Positions 1-13,434 are shown, counted from the whole stretch's first letter. The stretch is 61,396 nt of DNA, filler included, from Hausera hauseri (GCA_046269625.1; 12 parts of 12 records of this genome joined end to end with filler, not necessarily neighbours in it), one strand, 5' to 3'. The notes: generated by a model from the letters alone, not told the origin. Numbers and translations: made by a program.

Positions 1-879
1 GTGCAGTCGAGCAAAGCAGAAAACATCTGTGTCCAGAAACGACCTTGGGCTCTGGACTGATTGGAGATCAGTGATAATCGTGGCGAGGCTGCTGTCGCCA
101 CTCGTTGTCTGCAGAAACGTGTGTGCGAGCATGACTGCAACTTACACGTACACATGTAATACACACACGCTTGCTTGAGCACACAGTGTCTCTTGCTCCT
201 GGACGACCACCTCCTTAATAAACCATACGTTTTCAATAAAAATGCTAATTATCTTTACACTGCAGCACAGTTAGGTTAACACCGGGCCTGTATATGTGTG
301 TACAAGGGAAATGGAGAACAGAGAAAGCATCCAAGGTACAAAATAAGCACTATTCATAGAAATGAAAAATATTTTACTGCACATTTCAATGAATAATTAG
401 ATGATTTTTATGCTTCTGCAGAGCTTGGAAGAGGTTATTCACTGACTGAATCAGATGTGTTAGAGATGGAAAAAAGTAAAACATGAAGGGCTGCAGCCCT
501 CGAGGACCAGGAATGCCCACCCCTGCTCTGAAATAACAGCAAAAAATAAGTGCTTCTGCTGCTGCGATATGAACAGAGAGAAACTGTTGGATTTATCTTT
601 TTTCCCCGCTTCAAAGAGAAAATAAGCGTTTAGGCAGAAACAGACAAAACAATTATAAAGATGGATTCCTCCGTTGTGTAAAACACTGAGTCGACACAAA
701 GTGTTGAACCGGAGCAGCCGGGCCCAGGCTCCTTCACAAGCATCTGATTCAAACAGCAAAACGGAGCCCAGTGAAGGTCTGGGGGTCAGAGTGAGGCCGC
801 TCCGGTGTTTAAAAATAGAAAACGAGGAGCTGGTAGCGGAACCTAATGAAGGTGGGGTGAACGGAGGTGAGCTGCTCAC

Positions 880-1067
880 CAGAGTGCAGAAAGTAGCTGA
901 TGTCTGCGTTGCTGCCCGTGTCCTTGTCCAGGGCCTTGACCCGGATGACCTCGGAGCCCGCGGGGGCCACGTTAGAGATGCTGGCCTCGTAGCGGGGGCT
1001 CAGGAAAGCGGGAGAGTGGTCGTTACAGTCCTCCACGTGAATGACTACTTTTGCAAAATTCCTTTTC
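880..1067 (-). CDS. Partial exon of a teleost-like FAT protocadherin (FAT2-like cadherin repeat)
   Basis: KRNFAKVVIHVEDCNDHSPAFLSPRYEASI...VKALDKDTGSNADISYFLHSG has the cadherin DxNDxxP and AxDxD motifs and the FAT 'KRNF' context. It is GC-rich, ends at a GTGAG donor (879-875), and its 5' side joins abruptly to AT-rich DNA near 1067. Confidence 0.8.
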
Positions 1068-1461
1068 ATATTATTAATCAGCATGAAGTTTTGTACTTGT
1101 AGAACCTGTAAAACTCCGACTAGAAGTAATATGTTGTTCCTTGTCAGTAAATGTTTTCCTTTGTTCATTTTTCCTGGACAGATCAATATTCATAATATGC
1201 AAAAAATGTTAAAATTTCTTATTTTGTTACGTACGCATGCTCGGACTTTGATAGTAAGAGTTCATTCAGTGTAACATCCGGTTGTTTCGATTGTTGATAC
1301 GAATTGAAATCGTCATTTCCGGGAGAATCAGTTTGACTGCTACCAGTCTGTAACGATTGTTCAAATGTAGCCATTTTACTTTCCTTATAACGAGACATGC
1401 AAGTTGTCGATGATTCACGAAAAACGTCATTGCTGTTTTTATATTGTGCACCTATTGCTTT

Positions 1462-2285
<824 letters not shown>

Positions 2286-2295
2286 TTAATTCCAA

Positions 2296-2818
2296 TGTAG
2301 TAAATAAAATAAATCCAAAATAGAGTAAAATCCAAAGAAAACAGCAGGAAGATTGACTATAAAGTTTTATTCAAAGTTATAAATCATTTAACAACTACAA
2401 TCAATAAATTATCAAAATCTATTTTTTGCATATTTACAATGATTAATTTCAATAACGCTTTAAAAAATATATCAGCACGGTCCATTTGGTTTACTTCAAT
2501 TGTGTTGCCGATCAATAATGAATGGTCAACTATATTGCGTTTGAAAAGAATCTGTGTAAATATTCGATGTTGTCATACATCAAATGGCTATTTCTTCAGA
2601 AAGGAATATTATAGACGTGTGAAGCGACGTAACCATTTATTAAATCGTTTGGGATTTGAGCTGACTTTAATAAAACAATAAGAACATCGTCGATTAATTG
2701 TCGCAAAACGACACAATGTCCTTGAGATTCTTGAAATAGATTGAGTGAGAGAAATTGAAGATTAACGATTTGCAAATCAGGTGACGAAACCGAGCGCCCT
2801 CACGGCCGCGGCACCACA
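2296..2818 (-). mobile_element. Putative 3' LTR of a gypsy element
   Basis: On the minus strand a purine tract ACGGGGGTGA is immediately followed by TGTGGTGCC..., with a candidate end ...TTTACTACA. It lies directly downstream of the integrase. Confidence 0.55.
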
Positions 2819-2918
2819 TCACCCCCGTGGCAAAAGAGAAACTATGTAAATGGAAAAAGAATGATGAAGATAATACAAGTGACAACAACGAATCGCAACA
2901 AGAAATAAAGCTTGGTTC

Positions 2919-4948
2919 CTATTCAGTCGTAGTACGGGTTAGTCGTTGTGTGCCATCAAAGAACTTTTTTCCTCTGTACGTATTGAACGTTACTCTGAAT
3001 GGCTTACTTGATAGATTTGTACTGGGTTGTTGAGCAATGTTTTGTGATGGAAATGGTAACGAAGATGAGTCCAGCAAAAAAGTTGATGTAATTGGAGGTG
3101 ATGAAAAATCATTTAGAAAATCGGTATAAGTGATGGCTGAGTTTGAATTGGATGTAGAATTGGTATCTGGAGTGTCGTCAATGAAGAAAGCTTGCTTCAG
3201 ATTCGAAATGTGGACGTTATAAGGTTTATCTTGGCGTAAGATTGTTGCCGTGTGAAATGAGAGATTCAGCAGTTTGTACGGGCCAACATATTGGGGTCTA
3301 AAATCTGACGGAGATTGATCCTTTAACCAAACAAACTTGGCAGAGTACAAATCCTTAGGAATGTAGGATTTGTTGCTGTTGAAAAGGCGACAGAATGAAT
3401 CTGCGCTGACCTTGACGAAATGAGTCTGTGCTGCACGAATGTTCTCATCTGTGGAATGGTCGTCGAGATCAGAAAGTTCAAACAAGGCTCGAATTGGAGT
3501 CCCAAAGAGTGCTTCGACTGGAGCACAACCTGTAGTGGTTGAAGGTGTGTTGCGCCATCCTAATAGAACAAAAGGTGGAATGGACGTCCAATTGCGATGA
3601 GCGTCAGCCAAGATTTTAAAGAGACTTTTATTGCACGATGGAACCTTTCAAGAAGGCCGTTTGCTTGAGGATAATATGGAGTAGTATAAAAATGGAATAT
3701 ATCCAAGCGTTTAACAAGTGATTTGAAAAGCTCAGACTTAAATTGTGGACCTTGATCCGTTATTATGTAGCGTGGGGAACCAAAACGACTAATACAGATT
3801 TTGATAAAAGCGTCGGCTACTGAGTCAGTGTTTGTGGAATGAAGAAAAACGGCTTCAGGCCAACGAGAAGCACGATACATTATATTAAGTATGTGTTGAT
3901 ACCCGTTATCGGCAGGTAAAGGACCAACTAAATCAATATGAACTGTATGAAAGCGTGATGTACAGGGAAAGTGGTTAAGTGGTGGTTCAATGTGTTTGTT
4001 GATCTTGTATTTTTGACAGGCTATGCATTCTTTAACACAGTCCTGTACATCTTTGCGCATTGATGGTCATACTACATAACGTTGAAGCAGGCGAAATGTT
4101 GCTTTTGAACCTGCATGATGGAGTGAATGCGTATGAACAAAGGCTAGCTTTTGTAAAGGTGGTGCTAGGATGACCCTTTTTAATGCGTGTATTAGATGTA
4201 TCAAAAGCTATTCCATCAGTGATCTCGTAGGATTTGAAAGAACTATGGAGATCTGTGGATGGTTGATTGGTCTTTAAGACTTCAGATGAGAAAATCGGTT
4301 CAACTGTAATAGATCCAACCGACCTCGATAGAAAATCAGCTACCAAGTTATCTGTGCCTGAGATATATTCCAAAGCAAAACCGAACGTAGAAAGGTATGA
4401 AATATGTATCTTTTGCCTCGGTGATGGCTCTTTTAATATGATGTGCAGCAGAGGTTTGTGATCAATTTGAATGGCGAACAGACGAGAGAGAAGTAAGTGT
4501 TTGAAGAGTTTTAATGCCAGAACTATGGCAAGTAACTCGCAATCAAATGTGAAGTAACGGCTCTAAGGTTGTGTTAGTTTCCTAGAATAAAATTCTAATG
4601 GCTCGTCGACACCATTAGAGATCTAGTGAAGTACAGTGCCAGTGGCTCTGGTTGAGGCATCGGTTGTAAGAATAAGATCTGCTTGGCTTTAGGATAAGCC
4701 AGTATTTCTACGATTTTAAGACCTTCGCGCAAATGACCAAACTTGGTTACCAGATCAGGAGTCCAGTAGATCAACTGCCTCTTTTTTCCTGAAGATAAAT
4801 GTGCGAAAGGAGCTGTGAGCTCAGAGCAATGAGGCGCGTATTTGTGGATGAAGTGGAGTGTGCCTAAAAAGCTTCTCATGTCAGTGGTAGTTGTTGGTAG
4901 AGTTATGTTCTTTAATTGTTGTAGTCGATCCGGTTGTGGAGAGTGGCC
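2919..4948 (-). mobile_element. Ty3/gypsy pol fragment (RT C-terminus, RNase H, integrase with GPY/F motif), frameshifted
   Basis: RSFLGTLHF, FYSRKL, ISGTDNLVADFLSR, CIACQKYK, VHIDLVGPLP, ITDQGPQF, YYPQANGLLERFH, PQYVGPYK. Confidence 0.95.
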
Positions 4949-5048
4949 NNNNNNNNNNNNNNNNNNNNNNNNNNNNNNNNNNNNNNNNNNNNTTAATTAA
5001 TTAANNNNNNNNNNNNNNNNNNNNNNNNNNNNNNNNNNNNNNNNNNNN
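4949..5048. other. Artificial contig linker (N44-TTAATTAATTAA-N44). Repeated at 9887, 14253, 19041, 25003, 29106, 33915, 38061, 42341, 48390 and 54509.
   Basis: Identical 100-bp spacers with stop codons in all frames. Confidence 0.99.
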
Positions 5049-6187
5049 TCGAATTCCCCCAGTTGGTTACAGCACAGCATAACTGTTAGCCACGTTTTGC
5101 TGAGCTTTCTACCTTTGTAATATTAGCCTCAATCTTTCAGCGTTTTGACAGGAAGGGCTCGCTAAATAATACCAATTTTATCCATGTTAAAGATGTATCG
5201 TGGAGAATATTCTTGCACCAAGCTTGGAATATGTGAAGTTCAATCTTGTACGCTATTGTTAACCACAGCAGCTGCTTCTCCATTCATCTTGCCACCGCAA
5301 ATGGTATGATGGACTTTGCAACGTTGCAACTATCCATTGGAAACTTTGAAGTCAGTTCAACTGCGTAGTGGAATGCTTTTTCTTGGAGAATTGGCCCAGA
5401 GATAGGAATTTTTGCTTGTTGCACCAGCGGAAACCATCGCCTAAACACATCATCTATCGGTGACACTACGCTGCTGACAGGCAAACGTTTGCAATTACAG
5501 TTGAAGTTGTGGCTTTCTGTTTCCATAATATCGTGCTTCTTACGGATCATGTACCGATAAGATCTTCTTTCTGCTGACTTCATACTTTTCTGCAATAAGA
5601 CGCTGGCTTACGCCAATTTCTAGTGAGACTTTAATGGCAAGAGTCAATCCTTTATTTTGTTTACTATTAGACATATCTCAAGAATAGATAGCGTTAATAA
5701 TGAGAGTGAAAGTGCAAACGTTAGTCAAGTGTGCGGAGGCGGTACAAAATAAGGCAGTCGTGCTGTAGCGTACTGAATGAAACAAATGTAAAGGCAACCT
5801 ACTTGTGTATGTGTGTAGTATGTGTGAACGTGTAATATAGGTGCGACTGTGTAGTATGGGTGTGAACGTGATACGTGTGAGTGTGCATCCATGCTACAGT
5901 ATTCACAGTGAGTAGTCCACGCTTTACATGTCGACAGCTATTGAGTGCATACAAATTATTTGGTTCTGCCCTCACGTAGTAAGACCGGATGGCGACATTA
6001 TGAGGGTTATTTAAATGCTTTGTGAGATTTACAGAGGCGCATTTTACGAGGTGACGCTTATTACGGGGTGCGACATTAGAGTTTAATTTAATCATGGATA
6101 ACTGGATAATAAATCCTTGATTTTAAAAATGGCGCTTTTGTACAGGTGGCACTCTTTATGCGGTGCGACATTTACGAGGTTTGACTG
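5049..6187 (-). mobile_element. Tigger/pogo DNA transposon, 5' part, degraded (CENP-B HTH + start of DDE)
   Basis: WF...IPISGPILQEKA, IFNMD, LTVMLCCN. The TIR CAGTCAAACCTCG starts at 6187 (minus strand) and is flanked by TA. Confidence 0.85.
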
Positions 6188-6799
6188 TATTTCTTTAATA
6201 CATTTCCATACATTTTTTACAATTTCCTTCGTTAAAATATATTTTTCAAACAAACAAACAAGCAAACGAATTTCACTCTAAATCTGGGATTTGATAACAA
6301 ATAATGTGAGTGACGTGAAAAGTTAATACTGATTGATACGATGGGAAAAACTTTAAACGAGATAGTTAAAATAACGCTTTTGGGGCCCTTAAATGTAACA
6401 GCATTTTGCACTTGTTCAAATCTCCCCCACTCGGTTTAGAAATTTTGAACTTTTACAAAATTTTCGTTTCTTTTTTCATGTTATTCCTTTTTTAATATTA
6501 CACAACCACATAATTCATTTATAACTTAAAGGATGTATCGATGAAAATTTACCAAGAGAAAATTTTAAACAGCTGAATTGTATATACAACGCGGGTTTCC
6601 TAAAATTAACGAAGGAAATTGGAGTTCTAAAATTAGCAGCAAAAAAATAAAAAAGAATGACGAATTGGTAGAATTAGTTGATAATACAAAACGAAAATGA
6701 TGATGTTATAAAAGTAATACAAAGGTTGAATTCCACAAGCGCAAATTCGTCTCACGAGCACCAATCGGCGATGTTATGCCATAAAATTGATGCACCAAA

Positions 6800-8575
6800 A
6801 TTGAAATGTATCGAATTGCCTAGTTTTAGAGGAGTCGTTTTCGATTATGAAAAATGAAGGCAAATATTTGATACGTCTGTCCATCGAAAATCGTTATCGA
6901 CTATCAAGAAGTAAATTCAGTTAGAGAGCTGCTTATCAGGTGAATCTAAGCAATTAGTCAGCAACAGTGATATATCTGAGGATTCATATAAATCTGCCAT
7001 AGACAAATTGGACCGTTACTACGGAAGAAATCAAAGAAATTATGCAGTCCCCCTGTCCGAAATTATGCCTTTTGGAGAAATATGAAAAGTAATATCAAGG
7101 AATTAGATATATTCGTCATATTAATGGATTCCGTTGTGGCGAGGTTAAAGAATCTGAAACGTGAAACAGAACTGGAAGGTGGATTGCTATGTGAAGGTCT
7201 GGTTCAGAAATGATTAGAAATCATGGTGCTAAGATGGAAACAATGTAGTTGAACTGAAACTGATAGCAGCCGAAGGAGTACATGAGAAAAATACCTTATT
7301 AACACAATGGTTAAAAGGAAGATATTCAATTTAAACAACAAAAAACTAATTTTTTACAAAAGGAGAAAATATGAGACTGAATACAAATAATAAATATAAG
7401 TCGAAGGATGAACATAATAGAAACCGAAAACAATGATAAAATAATGAACCTAATGATTGTGAACTACAATGTAAACAATCTAAAAGAAGCCCATGTAAAT
7501 ACTATCTCACTTTAGTTAGATTAAATCCACTTGGTTGGACTTTCGTAGAAGTCCTAAGTAACACAAAATCCATGGATGTACGTGATAATCTTGTGAGAAC
7601 ATATTGGACACGTGTAGATGACCAAAACACTGATATAAGAAATTTGTGGCAAATTGAAAACGTTATGGAAGAGAAGGAACCATGTCCAAAATTGAGGATG
7701 AGATCTTAAAAGGCAGAAGAATAAATCACTACAACAGATGGAGGGCGGCATAAAGTAAATCTTACCTGGAAACAAAAGTTAGATCAAATTCCGTAATCAA
7801 AATAATTAGCGGAAAGAAGACTAAATTATTTGCATAAAAAATTAAATTTGTATGATTTTGTGAAGATGGCTGACGAAAACATAATGAATGATTATGAAGA
7901 AAAAGGTTATATAAAAGTAGTTAGTGATAAACACGAATAATGGAAGTAGTAATTGGTTTCTGTCCTGCCCCACGTTCCAATAATCAAACCAGACAAAACT
8001 ACAACATAAGTCAGAATCGTATTTGATGCGGCTGCAAAGAGTAAAGGAAGCATTGTCAATGGCACTTTGTAGCATTTGGGACCCAGGCTACAACAAGATT
8101 TATTGGACATGATAACCAGGATGCAAAGAAACCTGTTTGTTTTAGTATGCGATATTTCAGAAATTCATCTACCAAAAGACAAAAAATATTTAAGGTTTTT
8201 GCTACAAAGAAACTGAGGTATAAAGTCGTTGGAATTTCAACGACTTGTATTTCAAATGAATTGTTCTCCATTTTAGCATAGTCTGCCGATATAACTGTGG
8301 AAATAATGTGCAGTCGACATACATTGGTGACTGCATAGATTCTATAGACTCCGAAGATCATGTAATTGAATTGTATCAAAAATTCAAAATCATGTGGAAA
8401 AAGGCAAATACTTGAGAAAGATCGAGCAAAGGAATTTATATTTCAATACGACCTCTTTAGAAATGAGATGAATGATAAGACAATAATTTGGCGTTTGAGT
8501 CCAAAGATAAATATCCTATCGAGATAACTAGAAGAAATGTATTGAACTCACTGGCAAAAATATTCGACCCATTGT
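6800..8575 (+). mobile_element. BEL/Pao LTR retrotransposon remnant (gag DUF1759-like, RT)
   Basis: IELPSFRG...LESCLSGE...AIDKLDRYYG; PHVPIIKPDKTTT*VRIVFDAAAK; GPRLQQDL; LAKIFDPL. Many stop codons. Confidence 0.85.
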
Positions 8576-10176
8576 TCAATCCTCAAAATTTACTTCGTAA
8601 ATGACAATAATTTATTATTTAATTAGTGAAGGGAATAATACATTTTTATATCAAATCGTTTTTGAAAGTAGTTGTACGTAATCCTACTTAACTGTTAGTC
8701 GGTAATTGTGGTTAAGAAGTCTATGAAGTTAATCAACTTTACTTACTACGGTTTAGTATCCTATGTCTTTAGTTAGGTAATTAAACGGGCGGTCGTTAGG
8801 TAGAGTTAGACCTAGACGACCAAATACCAAGTTAATTAGTGTTTATTTATTTACTTTCTTTACTTAATATAGAACAAACAATATCTAAAAATTTTATAAT
8901 TGATATTGAAATGCAATAAACAAATGAAAATTTTAACATACACGCAAAAATACAAAAAGTGACTTACAAGATGACATAGTAGACCATAAACAACAAAAGA
9001 TAATGTCTGATTCTAGTGATAAAATACACAGCTTATATACTTGACAAATGTACAAACATAAATGTCTATAATAGGACATTACGTTCAAATTAGGGTAGAA
9101 TCACTAAAATATATCCATAACACACACAGTTAATTTCTCTGTCATTTATTATAATCACTAGAAATTCTCTGTCCTTCCATCATGAACAAAATCTAATTTT
9201 ACATCTATATTTACGGATCATAATTCCAGATCCTTAACACATATCTTAAATTCCAGTGTGCTTTAAAGAACGCCTCACTTCTTCAATGCATCTCAGTATG
9301 TTTTTCAGGTGTAATAACAATAAATTACCGTTGAGACTGGCTCAAAGAGGGCTATACTGTGACATAATTCATTAGTATTTGTGGACTTCAGTGTTGCGTT
9401 AAACACCATTACCCCAGCTCTCCCTGTTGAACGTGTCAAACTCTTTGTTACTCTCCCTTCTGGCGATAAAAATTACACATTACATTAATGTAAGGACATT
9501 ATGCGTTACACCGACGCAATTTTGGAATTATGTCAAAAGAGCACTGAATAATGTTCATTTGCACAAAACGTTCTCCATCTACAAGAACATTTCATTTTCG
9601 TTAAGCGTATTTAGTCAATATACTCTTGCTTTTTAAATTTTATTTATTTATCTTATTAATGCAAGTTATTTTACTTAGTTGTTATTATTTCTGTTTTTTC
9701 ACTCCTGGGATGTGTTAAACTTAGGACTACAAAGCGCTGCAAAACGGACCACAAAGTACACACTTAGCACCACAAAGTACTCACCCCCAGGCGGCAGTTG
9801 TCCGGTCACCTCTGAGGACGTCGTAAAAGTAGAGGTCGTTTAGGAGGCGGTGGCTCTCCTGGTCGGCCTCCGTGGCAGAAGGGGCGNNNNNNNNNNNNNN
9901 NNNNNNNNNNNNNNNNNNNNNNNNNNNNNNTTAATTAATTAANNNNNNNNNNNNNNNNNNNNNNNNNNNNNNNNNNNNNNNNNNNNACTCGACGGGATGA
10001 CGCAGGTCGAACCACATGTGGCCCATCGGCGTTGCCATCGATGGTGTCGGTTTTGTTTTAATTACAACAATTAAAACGATACGTAAATAAAAGATTCGAT
10101 AAACTGGGACAGAAAGATAAAAATCATGCACCCATATCACCGAATCATCATATACTTACCGTCATTGTTTATACTA

Positions 10177-10516
10177 TCATGTTATTGCAGATCCAATCAG
10201 TCCACCCAGTAATGACGTGACAATCAGTAGAATTGCACCAAGGAATCCGCCATCTTTCTGGTACATGACCTCTCGTTTCAGTCGTTTACTACGGGAGTTG
10301 GCAAGGCCAATAAGCCGTTTTCGATACTTTAGTAAATTCCGCATTCCACAACCAATGTCAACGTGACCCACAACGATACTGTATAAAATTTCCATCAAAT
10401 CGTTTACTACAAATTGTGGGAATGATCGTAGCATGTTTTGCTTATGTCTCGTAGGTGCTTTGAGCAAAGCAATAAAGTACAGCAAACTACGTTTGAATCG
10501 AATTTTTTGGACGCAT
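10177..10516 (-). CDS. Polinton/adintovirus pX-like small protein with GG|FL protease site and C-terminal amphipathic helix
   Basis: ...KRLKREVMYQKDGGFLGAILLIVTSLLGGLIGSAIT; lies downstream of the packaging ATPase; 5' end frameshifted. Confidence 0.7.
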
Positions 10517-10540
10517 TGATGCTAATGAGACGTAGTTGTT

Positions 10541-10713
10541 TATAACCGTTGCGACTGTGACGGTAATTTGCGTCTAGCTGCTGCTGTTGTTGTTTGACGA
10601 AGCACAGAATTGATTAATCGCTTTACTGTAGCGGTTCGTTTTGATATACGTTTCTTGCCGAGCACCAGCTTGGAAGGTTTTCGTTTAACAATTGTTTTTC
10701 ATAAATTCCTCAT
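10541..10713 (-). pseudogene. Small Lys/Arg-rich putative virion core protein
   Basis: MRNL*KTIVKRKPSKLVLGKKRISKRTATVKR...; a homolog MKNFRKTFVERKPTKQVPKKKR follows the second ATPase copy (57972-58053). Confidence 0.5.
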
Positions 10714-10723
10714 TTTGTCACAA

Positions 10724-11386
10724 TCATATAGTCGGTTTTTGAATTTGTTTATAGACACATACAAAACCTTTCTGATTGAAAATGTCTGTTCGTACACTCA
10801 CGTCATCGGGACACTGCTGTGTAAAGTCAATGAACAAGTATCCGTGTGGCTCGGTTGTAGCATCATGATATGCATCTATTAAGTAGGCTCGATTGTGAGT
10901 AAATGCTTGTCGTGCAACATAATCAATGATAGTCTGATCACGGGGATTTTTGAACAGCATCAAATAGTGTACGTTTAGATTTCATGTTCGATGATGTCCA
11001 CCCTGATGGAACATGTTTTGCGTAGTGATAATAACCGTCACACCACAGTGCCGTGCAATCTTCGTGAACAGGTTGTTGAAGTCCGATTGTTTCGTCGTCT
11101 CTTGAAATAAATCGTCAATGACAATAACGTCACCGTTGCGCAATCTCTCTGAACAGATCTCACCAAATTCATCAATTACCGTTATCGATGATTTCAGTTT
11201 ACAAAATTCCTGATGTGTCAAACCGGACTAACCATAATCACCAACACCCTGATGCCAGTATATGTGATTGTACCGCGGTGAATGGGACATGTCACGGTAG
11301 TTCTGCAATAGTCTACACACAAAATGTGTTTTGCCACTTTCACTGGGGCCTACAATCTGGAAAATGGCATCATTCTGCAGCTTCAT
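10724..11386 (-). pseudogene. Polinton-type A32/FtsK-like DNA packaging ATPase
   Basis: One frame: MKLQNDAIFQIVGPSESGKT (Walker A)...VIVIDD (Walker B)...ARHCGVTVIITTQN...LFKNPRD...PHGYLFID, with two in-frame stops (11228-11230 and 10982-10984). Confidence 0.92.
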
Positions 11387-11478
11387 CTAATAATAATAAT
11401 GCAGCTTTTCCTCAACAAATGATTGGTTTATAATCGTGTTACACGAATATAAATAGCTACAGTATAAACACTGTTTTC

Positions 11479-11940
11479 ATAATTTTAGCTAATATCAACT
11501 ATCGCGGATATGTTACCGAGTGTAACATTAACACACTACCTTTTAATCAATGGAAACCGATGCAGCATGTCCTAAAGTGTCCACCGGATTTTACATGCAT
11601 CATATTTCAATCGGGAAAGTGTCGTGTTATGGGCTGACGCAAACCAATCACAGCTGAAAGCAGTAAGAGTAAACTACTACCAATCGGAATTGTCCTTGAC
11701 AAAATCCAATCAATAACGGTAACGACTCAGTTAGACTACCAAACAATCAATCTTTACAAATTAGCAATGACCGCTACTGAATGTACATATGAACCCAAAC
11801 TGTTTCTTGCACTGAGACTGACACCGTTTCGTCCGCTTTTTGTCAATGTGTTCAGCACTGGAATAATTGTTTTACTCGGTATTCGGACAGTGGACTATGA
11901 ACCAATTATTAATCAAATTAAAAACTACATAAATGTTTAG
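11479..11940 (+). pseudogene. TATA-binding-protein (TBP)-fold protein, element-encoded (not in ORF track)
   Basis: ILANINYRG...TCIIFQSGKCRVMG*RKP...IQSITVT...INLYKLA...YEPKLFLAL...VNVFSTGIIVLLG shows both TBP repeats (IFxSGK; YEPELFP; IFxSGKxVxxG). The start is ATA and there is one TGA at 11635-11637. Confidence 0.8.
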
Positions 11941-12283
11941 TGAACCAAAATAACATACTCTGCATACAAAAACAAACTATAAATACCATTCCCATGCTCA
12001 TTAAGACATTACTACCATGAAAGACGAATACGAAACTGTTTGATTTTATCGGTCGCGAAATGTCTCATGTACCCGATGATGATGGTAGTTTAAAGTGTCG
12101 AATGAATATTAAACTGCAAGGATACAAGGAAAAAGTCGGTATCAAAAGCCCGATTTAGCGTGTAGCAGAAGCACATTTTAATTATCAATAGATTTTGTTG
12201 TTTTACCGTTCTTCTTCTTCTTCTTCTTCTTTTATTAACCCAATTAGCAAGTAATGCAATTTTAAAAAATAGGCATAAGAATA

Positions 12284-12754
12284 ATGATTATGAATTATGT
12301 AAAGATTATCTTAACAGACAAAAATGCCTTTGTACCCAGACGTGTTACAGCAAACAGTGCAGGCTACGATGTGCTTTCCAATGCCATTGTGACAATTCCG
12401 AACAGCAAAATCAAATGCATAACGACTGAGACTCGATTGGCGATTCCGCCCGGTTACTACGGCCAACTTTTATCGAAAAGCGGATTGGCAAAGCTCGGAG
12501 TGACAGTTGTGGGCGGCGTCATTGATTCAGACTTTCGTGGTGAAATTAAGGTGTTGCTTGAAAACCAATCCGTGGAACTGTATGCTTTTTCGAAAGGCAA
12601 TGCAATCGCACAAATCGTTTTTCTTCGCTGTGAAGAGGTGGAATTCAGTGTAATGTCACCGAAACAATGGGGATTCTTTTGTGTCAATGAATCAACACGA
12701 AATGAACGCAAAGTATTTGGTTTTGGTGATATGGACAAAACCACCTATGTTTAA
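12284..12754 (+). CDS. dut: Trimeric dUTPase
   Basis: Motifs AGYDV, KSGLA, GVIDSDFRGEI, IAQIV and a degenerate motif 5; ORF is open. Confidence 0.93.
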   Translation: MIMNYVKIILTDKNAFVPRRVTANSAGYDVLSNAIVTIPNSKIKCITTETRLAIPPGYYGQLLSKSGLAKLGVTVVGGVIDSDFRGEIKVLLENQSVELYAFSKGNAIAQIVFLRCEEVEFSVMSPKQWGFFCVNESTRNERKVFGFGDMDKTTYV

Positions 12755-12809
12755 TAATTGTGATAATAATAATAATAGTTAGTTATTTTGTTTATATTAC
12801 AAACAAAAA

Positions 12810-13319
12810 ATGACTTTGTACGAGATAAGTAATGGGACAGGATTTATAGATATTGAAGCTTTCCAAGGTGATAATGCCTGGTACATAATAATGGAATTAT
12901 GCATTATGGACGTCGGTAACATTTTCAAACCGCTTGTGTACGTATTTAAGCCCGCCGTTACGTGGAATCATTTGACAGAAAAGGGGAAAATTACCAATGG
13001 ATATCTCATACGATGTCGTCATTGACTTTATTGGAACGAAGGCAATTCAACGTTTTGCGTATCATGTATCCTGCGAGACATTTGTGATCATTTTGACATT
13101 GAAAATACAATATTTTACATTAAAGATCAAATTGACGTACAAAAGTTTACACAACTTCATTCACAGTTTCCCGAGTTGCAAATGAAGACGTATTCAACAT
13201 CGAACAGCTCGCTAACGATGGTACCTGACAATATTATATGTCCGTATCGTTATCATAGACCGAATTGTGTTTACAAAAATTGTCTACGGCTTTGAATTGA
13301 CTATATTTCATCCAAGTAA
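12810..13319 (+). pseudogene. DEDD/DnaQ-like nuclease-family protein of Polinton-like elements
   Basis: FIDIEAFQ...IIMELCI...FKP..W..L...TN.YL...H*LYWNEG...CPYRYHRPNC; two in-frame TGA. Confidence 0.6.
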
Positions 13320-13434
13320 ATAAATGTTTTTCTCTGTTTCTTTTTTTCTTTCCATAAATAACGTCCGCCATATTGGTCAGTTGAATAATTCAAAACTATA
13401 AATATGAGTAGTTATAGTAATAACAATCATCATC

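Noticed and set aside
460-1102. ORFs 460-879 and 674-1102
   Set aside because: Intronic or antisense shadows of the FAT exon
4949-5048. Regularly spaced TTAATTAATTAA palindromes
   Set aside because: Artificial linkers inside N runs; ORFs containing X across them are artefacts
9370-9440. Rex1/RTE-like RT snippet (FVDFSVALNTITP)
   Set aside because: Too short to support a call
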